Shown: positions 55,077 to 64,000 of the stretch, in pieces
Numbering within the stretch: position 1 is the stretch's first letter
Layout: each line of letters opens with the position of its first letter
From: Octopus vulgaris
Lineage: Eukaryota
Length of the DNA: 64,000 nucleotides
Assembly: GCA_951406725.2 (NCBI GenBank)
Contig: OX597832.1
Location: 60,698,001-60,762,000, forward strand
Reading direction: 5' to 3'
The notes under the pieces: model-generated
Databases searched by the model: none
Seen by the model: the letters and a program-made list of their open reading frames with translations, nothing else
What the model was told of the DNA's origin: nothing
Translations under genes and position numbers: made by a program

Positions 55077-55160
55077 TCAAACAGTGAGTCCGACAAAAGT
55101 CGCTTTGTTTCGTGATCTCGAACGAAACAAAGCACTTTTTGTCGGACTCATCCGCCTTGA
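55077..55160 (-). ncRNA. pri-miRNA-like long hairpin
   Basis: Near-perfect inverted repeat with 29-nt arms (55085-55113 / 55122-55150) and an 8-nt loop. On the minus strand the stem extends ~8 bp further through G-U pairs (UCAAGGCGG/CUGUUUGA). Confidence 0.55.
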
Positions 55161-55919
55161 TAAAAAGAACTATAACACATATATGAACGAATAAAAACTC
55201 TGTAACTGAGTTTTATTTCTATATTTTCTTCTTTCTTCCGTTTGTAAATCCAAAGACGTATATGAGCTATTTATAAAGGAAAAAGTAACAAAAAAAACAA
55301 AAAAAATTCCGTCCAACAACCTGTACTTTCTTTTAAACACGGAACTGTCGCATTTTAGATTTTGTGAGCGAAAACAACAATAATAATGAAGGATAACACA
55401 GAATGATGATAATAATAATAATAATGAGTATAATGATAGACAATGCATTTCATTTTGAGTACGATTAAGAAGAACGAAGAATGATGCGAACACGGAAGAG
55501 GAAAGGATGAAAGTAGAAAATTTTATAAGATCTACATAGATAGGAAGGAAGGGAGGAAGGAATGGGGGGGGTTTGTAGTTAAGTGGTAAGTCGGTATCCC
55601 AAACTTAGCTCTGCCATATGTTTGATGCTGTTTATAAGGAGGAGGAAGATGAAGAGGTGGAAGGAGAGAGAATGAGAGAAAAAAAACGAACAGAGAGAGG
55701 GAGGGAAGGAGAACTGAAAGAGAATACAGAAAAAGTATTCAGACACGCGCTCGCGCGCATAGATACCCCACCGTAGAAAGAGAGGAAGAAAGGAATGAAG
55801 GCAGGAAGAGAGAGAGAAAGAGAGAGATAAGAAGAGCTGCTTCCTTGTTGGGAGGCAAAGAACCGAAATAGTTTGGGGGTGTATGTAATACTAGACACAA
55901 CAGCAAATCTAATAATAAT

Positions 55920-55954
<35 letters not shown>

Positions 55955-55999
55955 CGTGTGTATACACACACACATCTCGCACATTTGCGCGAGTATGTG

Positions 56000-56033
<34 letters not shown>

Positions 56034-56064
56034 AATATATATACACACACACATATACACATAC

Positions 56065-56209
56065 ATTTCCCGTCTGTGACGTCGAAGATAGGTGAGACGA
56101 GGTGCCGGGGAATCTTGGCGGTTGGGGAGTGGCATTTTCGGCCAAGCAGAACAGAACATCAACCCAGCACAAGTGAAGATCATTACCATTACGATGATGA
56201 TGATAATTT
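56065..56209 (-). CDS. Candidate 145-nt exon encoding a signal-peptide-like N-terminus and furin-like site (MVMIFTCAGLMFCSAWPKMPLPNRQDSPAPRLTYLRRHRRE)
   Basis: Acceptor tatttattctcag|AAA at 56209; ATG at 56189; donor AAT|gtatgt after 56065. A unique GC-richer island between microsatellites. No homology recognised. Confidence 0.35.
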
Positions 56210-57091
56210 CTGAGAATAAATATATACATATATATATATATATATAAATTACAATATTTTTTTGTATAATACTCGCTTTTTTTTTCTCTTCGTTTTTTTT
56301 TTAACCTTTTTACCACACACACTAAAATATTTTTTTTCTAACTTAGGAGAAATAAGTCAGAAATCTGTTGGAGAACAGCGAGACTTATATATTAAGGCCT
56401 CAGGACTCGGCTACTAATTTTTACTTTATTTCATCGACCCAAAACCCCTACTGTCGATCCTCAGCAGAATTGAACGGCAAACTAAAGAAGATTCAGTATT
56501 TAACCAACACCCTTTAAAAAATTGGGAAGCAAAGTCGATCCTAGGCGGGATTTGAACTCATAAAGTAAAGGAAATGAGGCTGGGGTGAGAAACAGGCGAT
56601 TTGTATACGATAGAGAAGCTAATACTTTATTTCATCGAAATAAAGGACAATGAAAAAAATAATTAGAAAAAAAATAATAAAGCCAGTCTGGACAGGATTT
56701 GAACTCGGAAATTAAAGGGACATAATCAAAAAAAGTCCGTAGGGCATTTGGTGTCCGGTAATCTATCGACTCAGTCGATCGCCACCCTTTAATTAACTAA
56801 TAATAATGTTCCTAAAAACAATAATAATTGTTATATCTAGGTGAGACAGTAAAACAACCACCTACACAGAAATAACGAATACACACACACACAAACAATA
56901 GGAAAATCAGGCAGGAGGGGAGGAAGGATTTTTTTTTGTTTTTCAAACGTTTAATTTGTTTTTTTTCTTTCTTTTTCTGTCTTTTCATATATTTCTTTTT
57001 TTTTCTCTCTTTTTTTTATTTATTTTTTGGATTGTTCCGTCAGATTTCTATAAAAACCATGCAACGGTCCAGTGAAGCACAATACAAACAC

Positions 57092-57127
<36 letters not shown>

Positions 57128-57179
57128 AAGATCTACACAATACATAAAATATACACACAAATATGTATGTGAGCGAGCA

Positions 57180-57227
<48 letters not shown>

Positions 57228-57765
57228 ATTGTCCAACTATAGAAATATGACTATACTGGTGAGAGAAAGAATAAAAAATTTGTGTAATTTGAAGACCACT
57301 TGTATAAGTGTGTGTATATATATATATATATTATATATATATATATATATACGTGTGTGTGTGTGTAGGAAGTTGAATATACATGGTGCAGTGTATATAA
57401 ACAATGAATGTATACAGATTGTGAGCGTGTATATAAATATATACGAATGTGGGTATATACGATCGAAAAATTTCAAATAAGCGATAAACAGATCTCGTAT
57501 GTTTTAATGATGGGTGTATAGATCAAACAATTACACACACACAGATAGATAGATAGATAGATAGAAAGAGTTTTCATTTAATGATAGATACAAAGATAGA
57601 TAGAACCGATTCTAGTGATGTGTGTATATATACATATGTGCACACCTCTAGACAAAAAAAAACCGCTTGCATGTGTATATAACAATTTTATATATACATA
57701 GACGATTTGTCTATAAATCGCTAGCATGTGTATATAACGATAGAAAAGATGTTTGCGAATGAGTG

Positions 57766-57797
<32 letters not shown>

Positions 57798-57845
57798 TGT
57801 ATGTATACATAATATGTAATATATATATATATAGAGAGAGAATGG

Positions 57846-57887
<42 letters not shown>

Positions 57888-57963
57888 GTGTGTAACGAGT
57901 AATAGAAAAACTGTTTGCATGTGAGTACATAGACATACATAAACGTATAGAAAGAGAGACCGC

Positions 57964-58011
<48 letters not shown>

Positions 58012-58044
58012 CACACAAATATATAAATATATAGTTATATATGA

Positions 58045-58081
<37 letters not shown>

Positions 58082-58557
58082 GTGTGTGTGTATGTGAGAG
58101 AGATATATATATAAAGAAAAGAGCGTGTGTGTGTAGTGTTAGACGAGATGTATTTACCTTCACTGGTTCCTATGTAACAGAGTTTTAAACCATTGTTTAT
58201 CCTTGTAGTCAGTGTGTGAGATTGAGTGTATATAAGGACAGAGCACCTGATCAATACCACAGCGCCAGCATCATCCAAGCAAGTTACGCTACTAAACAGA
58301 GGGCCAAATTGCACTAGCAAAGCTCACTCACTTACTACATACATAGTAGTAGTAGTAGTGATGATGGTGGTGGTGGCGGTGGAGCTGGTGGTGGTGGTAG
58401 CAGTGGTGGTAGTAGCAGTATTAGCAAACAAACAGCAGCAGCAGCTTAGCCGCTGATACCGCCGCCGCTCTACGACTACTACTACTACTACTATTACAGC
58501 AGCCAGGGCGATGGCGACGACGGAGGCGGCGGGAGGGAGGGGGGGAGATAGCGACCA

Positions 58558-59024
58558 CTACTCGCCTTCGCCGACATCACCACCACTACTATTACTACTA
58601 CTACTACTACTACTACCAGTACAAACACTACAACGACCACTACTACTACTACTACTACTGCTACTACTACCACTATTATTACTATGGTGGCTGCTGTCCT
58701 TCACCAACACCAAGGTAGTCATGGTGTTGCAGCTATTATTATTAATACTACTACTATTATTATTATTATTATCATTACTGCTGCTGTTGCTGCAGCTATC
58801 ACTACGACTACTACTACTACTACCACCACTATTGTTGCTGCTGTTAATACTGCTGCTGGTGATGGTGGTGGCGGCGGTGGGGGAGCTACGGTGTAGCGTT
58901 GGTAACGGGGAGCATGTGAAATGGTCGGAGGCGGTGGTGGTGTTAGTGGTGGTGGGGGTAGTAGGGGCGGCGGTGAGGCTTAAGTGGTGGTGGTGGTGGT
59001 GGTGGTGACAGTCTCTAGTCTCTC

Positions 59025-59060
<36 letters not shown>

Positions 59061-59085
59061 GACAGTGGCGGAAGGTGAGACCGCT
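58558..59085 (-). other. Stop-free 175-codon low-complexity frame (His8, Thr/Ser/Asn/Gly runs); candidate exon or UTR
   Basis: Hand translation from tttag|AGC (59085): SGLTFRHCL(ER)nKGETRDCHHHHHHHHLSLTAAPTTPTTTNTTTASDHF...SSSSNDNNNNNSSS...GDVGEGE* (TAG at 58560-58). A possible donor AAG|gtaaat lies after 58158. Confidence 0.3.
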
Positions 59086-59140
59086 CTAAACGCACCTGAC
59101 AGGAACTGCTGCAAAAGTGTTTGTTGTGCGTGTATGTATG

Positions 59141-59213
<73 letters not shown>

Positions 59214-59894
59214 ACCTTATATATTTATATATATATATATATTTGTGTGGTCGAATATTTTCGTTATTGTAATAGAAGAATGGGGAAGCTTTATTTTTCC
59301 GCAGTTGAAATCTCTGTTTTTTTCCCTTCTCGAATGCCATCAGATAACGACTCATAGAAGTACGTATTGCATGTAACACACACATACACACACACAGAGA
59401 AATACTCACACACACACATACATGGGTTAGTGTTCCAGCTGTTTTCGTCCACATGCACAAACAGATTTCTAAGACCAGATGCACAAAACATACTGCAGTC
59501 CAGGTGGCTGCACCAAAAAGTCAATATATATACACACACGCAGGTGCATACACACACACACAGAGTTATATATATATATGTGTGTATATATACATATATA
59601 TATACGTACTTTTGAGAATAGTCATCGACGTGACATTTACTATAAACGCACTTTGACCGTGGGGCGGTAGTTTTCGTGAAAGTCCTATCAGCCATCGATC
59701 TTTCGATATTGAACGATAATCATTATTCTACACCTACACAAGAAAAAAAACTTTCTTATTCTCTTCGTTTCTATCTTTCAGCTTGTTTCCGAGAAACGAG
59801 CAAGGAGTTAAGTTTAAAACGAAAGCAGATCGAACCCATATTGCCTACCACCAGTTCGTTGAGAGTTTACCCATCATCAATCTATATTACTATA

Positions 59895-59919
59895 TAACTA
59901 TATATATACACATACACAC

Positions 59920-59992
<73 letters not shown>

Positions 59993-60189
59993 CACACACA
60001 CACACATATATATATATACACACACATCTATATACACACATATATATATATACACACACATATATATACACACACACACACACATATATATACACACATA
60101 TATATATATACACACACACATATATATATACACACACACATATATATACACACACACACACATATATATACACACACACACATATATAT

Positions 60190-60227
<38 letters not shown>
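59895..60227. repeat. (CA)n/(TA)n compound microsatellite
   Basis: Directly visible. Confidence 0.95.
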
Positions 60228-60229
<2 letters not shown>

Positions 60230-60984
60230 TGAGCAACACATCTGACTGTAAACGTCAGTTAATATGAGGCCCTTTTGATCCGACTGACCTTCACCACAAC
60301 TATATTAAGTCCAGACACAACAACTCGCTTCAACAGGCAGGGGAATCCTACCTCTGTACAAAGCAACCAAAAAGACGGAGCTGCAATATGGTCGCTCGGT
60401 TTTCTTGAAATAGCAACCAAGTCTCTCTCCTTTAAATCATTCCTTACCGTCTTGAAAAAAAAAAGGGATACGCTGGACTATGAGTCCCAATATTGTAGTT
60501 TCTGTTTTCTTTTAAATGGCTTAATTACAAGAGGAAGGGTAAACGGCGACGAACTTTTTTTTTCTTTTTTATTGAAGACATATGCGACAGGTGGAAGGAT
60601 GGCTAGCAGTAATTTTATCACAAGATTTGTGGTCTATACGGGATGCTTGCAACAGAATGGACATGGCTACAGGCCCAGCCAAGGGGCGGGTTGATGGTGG
60701 TATTAAGCGAAATTTTAAACCGGACGATGGATTACAATATTTTTAAGGAGTAAAAAAAAATTAAAAAAACAAAAAAAGACAGGATAATCACAAGTAGAAC
60801 ATCTTTAACTACAAATCTTCTCGGCTTGAGGTGGAAAAACTACAACTGGATTTTTTATTATTATTATTATTATTGTTTTGTGCTCGGCCCTTGTGGCCAA
60901 TAAAGAAACGATTATTATTATTATTATCATCATCATCATCAATGACGTGGGGCAGGCGGTATCCCTCTGTAGAGTGGTTATGAC

Positions 60985-61455
60985 GAAAAAAGGTTGTGCG
61001 GTGGACTGGACAGAAAATATTGGGAACAGACACCTTGCCTCTTCGATCAAGCCCTCGTCGACTTTTCCAAGTTTCACTTGGAAAGGAAAGTAGGGGTTGA
61101 GAGAGAAGTGTTCTCCTTCAGCGAATTTGTGAAAAAGTGGTGGGTGAATGGGGCACAAATTTTCAGGTTAAATGGAACCATTCTAAGCATCCAACTGTAA
61201 GTTGTAGAACAAGAGTTGGGCGAGGGCCTGTGCCATTCGTGGTCAGAGCGATTTTCAGTCTGTTGAGTTCTTTGATTGGCCCCGTGACAGGAGGATTGCA
61301 ATATCCATGTGTTCTACATTTTTTGCGTACCATGTATACTTTTTATCACAGTTTCCCTTCTCTTCTCCCTTGATCTTTTTATATAAACCCCCGACACAAA
61401 TCGTAAACTGTCCTTGTAATGTACCCTTGTCTGATGCCCTTGCGACAAATAACAA
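60985..61455 (+). mobile_element. 3' fragment of a Tx1/L1-like LINE (ORF2 C-terminus plus 3' UTR)
   Basis: ORF remnant ...DQALVDFSKFHLERKVGVEREVFSFSEFVKKW...RLNGTILSIQL*, then a UTR ending GCCCTTGCGACAAATAA; homologous copy at 36672-37340. The clade assignment is from memory of L1/Tx1 C-termini. Confidence 0.65.
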
Positions 61456-61464
61456 AAATTAGTA

Positions 61465-61845
61465 TTTTAAAAAAGAAAGCGAGGGCAGAGAAAAAAAGTG
61501 CTGGCCTCCCAGCAAACTTGTTGAAAGGTGGATGGGTGGCGAGAATAGTCCGAGTGACCGGACCTGTTCTGAGCATGCGCCGATTGATCGGAGGAGGACG
61601 ACTGGGAGCGGGGCACTTGCGTTAATGGTCAGGGTGACCCTGCTTTTGTGGGATTTCCACGAATATCCCTCAAAAGTCTCATCCCACTTTTGGGAGAATT
61701 ATTCCTAGTTTGAGGTCTTTTTTCTTTTTTTGGTTCTGTTATTTTTTACTTTTTTTACACGTTCTTTTATTTAATCCCGCACAGTATCATCCCGTACCAT
61801 TTTCAATGTTTTTGTCGACCCATACTGATTAATAAATAAATTATT
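61465..61845 (+). mobile_element. Second, related LINE 3' fragment in tandem
   Basis: LKKKARAEKK...WVARIVRVTGPVLSMRRL parallels LERKVGVERE...FRLNGTILSIQL of the upstream copy; ends near AATAAATAAA. Confidence 0.55.
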
Positions 61846-62284
61846 ATCATTATTATATATCGGTCAAGCGAGGTTCAAACGAAATGTTTTCTTTTTTAAG
61901 AAAAGCAGCCTTTCAGACATAAACTTCTGTTTGTAAAGAAATTTACCATCCTCTACAGACGACAGAATTCACGGTACAGTTAGCCAACTATCAGACGTCT
62001 GGAGATATGCGTCTGAGAAACACACACACACACATACACCATCCGATATATATTAACTATGATAATAGATTGTAGCACATATGTGTGAAAACACAAACTT
62101 ACACACACTTCGATACCTGACCGCGCGTGCAATTATACCAACACACACGCACATAAACATATATTCGTGGAATAAATTAAGTACCACCCTCTTACACATC
62201 TGTGAAGAGAGACATTCGCGCACACACACATATACATACAAACACGCACTCACACATCCACACAGGTTTTCTTAAGCTCCACCA

Positions 62285-62840
62285 GGTATTACAAATGTAT
62301 ATATGTATTACAAATTGTATGAGTGTGCATATATACTACAAATGTATGTATTACAACTGTATGAGTACGTGTATATTACAGCTGTGTGTATTACAAATGT
62401 GTTTGTTAATCACAAGCGAGTATGTGTATTTCAGGTGTACGTATATGTATTGATTGTGGTGTGTGAGTATTACAGGCATGTGTGACGGTATTACAAATGT
62501 GTGAATATGTGTATTACAGTGGTATGTATGTGTATTACACGTGAGAGAGTATGTACAACAGGTGAGTGCGTATATGACATACTTATGGCCACATGCATGT
62601 GCTTTACAAATATGAATATGTGTATTGCAGGTATGCGTGTGTATAACACACGTACACACTAATACACAACACGTATACTAACAATGTTAGCGAGTGTGTG
62701 TATTACAAATGTGTGTGTGCAGTGCAGGTATGTGTATGTGATAGCGTGCGCCTGACTATATGTATTACATATGTGTGTGTGTGTGTGAGGATTTGTATTG
62801 CAGGAAGGTGCGTGTGTGTGTGTGTACTACAGACGTGTGC
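62285..62840. repeat. Degenerate GTGTATTACA-based minisatellite
   Basis: More than 12 TGTATTAC(A)-like motifs at ~20-25-bp spacing. Confidence 0.75.
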
Positions 62841-63014
62841 AATATCAGATCTGAGTAACATTTTACGAGATGCGGGCCGCAAAAGACAACTCATCATCAG
62901 GTGAGCCACACAACTAAACAGATTCGTGGAAATTTCTAATACACACACACACACACCTATAATACAAGAGGGTATTGAAAAGTTCCTGTTATATATTCTC
63001 TTTCTCTCTTTTCT

Positions 63015-63382
63015 CTTTTACTTGTTTCAGGCATTTGACTGCGGCCATGCTGGAGCACCGCCTTTTAGTCGAGCAAATCGCCCCCAGGACTTATTCTTTG
63101 TAAGCCTAGTACTTATTCTATCGGTCTCTTTTGCCGAACCGCTAAGTAACGGGGACGTAAACATACCAGCATCGGTTGTCAAGCGATGTTGGGGGGACAA
63201 ACACAAACACACACACACACACATATACGACAGGCTTCTTTCAGTTTCCGTCTACCAAATCCACTCACAAGGCTTTGGTCAGCCCGAGGCTATAGTAGAA
63301 GACACTTTCCCAAGGTGCCACACAGTGGGACTGAACCCGGAACCGTGTGGTTGGTAAGCAAGCTACTTACCACACAGCCACT

Positions 63383-63385
<3 letters not shown>
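63015..63385 (-). mobile_element. SINE family A, full length
   Basis: Near-consensus copy. A degenerate second head follows at ~63420-63565, and another copy starts at ~63984 (+), truncated by the window end. Confidence 0.92.
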
Positions 63386-63423
<38 letters not shown>

Positions 63424-63898
63424 AGGTTTTCTCACAGTCTACCAAATTCACTCATAAAGCATTAGTCTGTCTAGGGCTATAGAAGAAAAAAACTTGCTCA
63501 AGGGGCTGCCCAATGGGATTGAAACCAAAACCATTTGGTTGGGAAGCGAGCATGTTAACCACAATGTCGTGCACACACGCATTTTCTTTTCATTTTTCTT
63601 AAATGATTTTAAAAAAAAAATAATATAATTAAATAGTAAGTAAAATGCGTGAAAAAATTGCCAGAGATGATGTAAGAAGCAGCTGATCCAAGTTAATTAA
63701 TTAAGGAGAGAAAAAAAAAGCACCAGACAAATTGATGACAATAAAAATATGAGACTTGCCCCAGGGTGAATGAAAAATATAAAACTAAACCATATAAAGC
63801 AAATAATTTAATTGAAAGTATATATATATATATGCATGCATACACACACATTCTTCTCTATCAATATATATAAATGGAGATACATAGAATAAGAGAGG

Positions 63899-63950
<52 letters not shown>

Positions 63951-64000
63951 GGGATATGTAGATAGATAGATACATGGATAGATAGGCACAGGAGTGGCTG

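Noticed and set aside
58511-59008. Plus-strand 165-aa poly-Leu ORF as a membrane protein
   Set aside because: Best explained as the antisense reading of AGT/AAT triplet runs; implausible composition.
62926-63482. Recurrent peptides (FQSFDCGHAGAPP..., QIHSQGFG..AIVEDTC..CHAVGLNP) as a gene family
   Set aside because: These are translations of SINE family A copies.

Overview
AT-rich eukaryotic (animal) genomic DNA with no prokaryotic features. It is dominated by (TA)n/(CA)n/(GA)n/(GATA)n/(TTA)n microsatellites and dozens of short interspersed repeats. The repeat families match what I recall of coleoid cephalopod (Octopus) tRNA-derived SINEs, so an Octopus origin is inferred, not proven. I can confidently name no protein-coding gene, and almost all ORFs in the supplied track are microsatellite or SINE artefacts. 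Supported features: three tRNA-headed SINE families, 3' fragments of RTE-type and Tx1/L1-type LINEs, hAT-, piggyBac- and Tigger-like MITEs (two with visible 8-bp TSDs), and large compound microsatellite arrays. Most interesting signals: (1) several minimal type-I hammerhead-ribozyme motifs from about four sequence families, one nearly intact (14286-14344) in a short non-coding element flanked by (TA)n, like a Penelope-associated or retrozyme element; (2) a ~37-bp minus-strand pri-miRNA-like hairpin (55077-55160); (3) a chain of candidate minus-strand exons (about 59.1 kb to 34.1 kb), one encoding a signal-peptide-like segment plus an RHRR furin-like site; (4) an apparent switch from CpG-decayed DNA (below ~25 kb) to CpG-retaining DNA (above ~25 kb). 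Repeat boundaries were placed by eye and are approximate.
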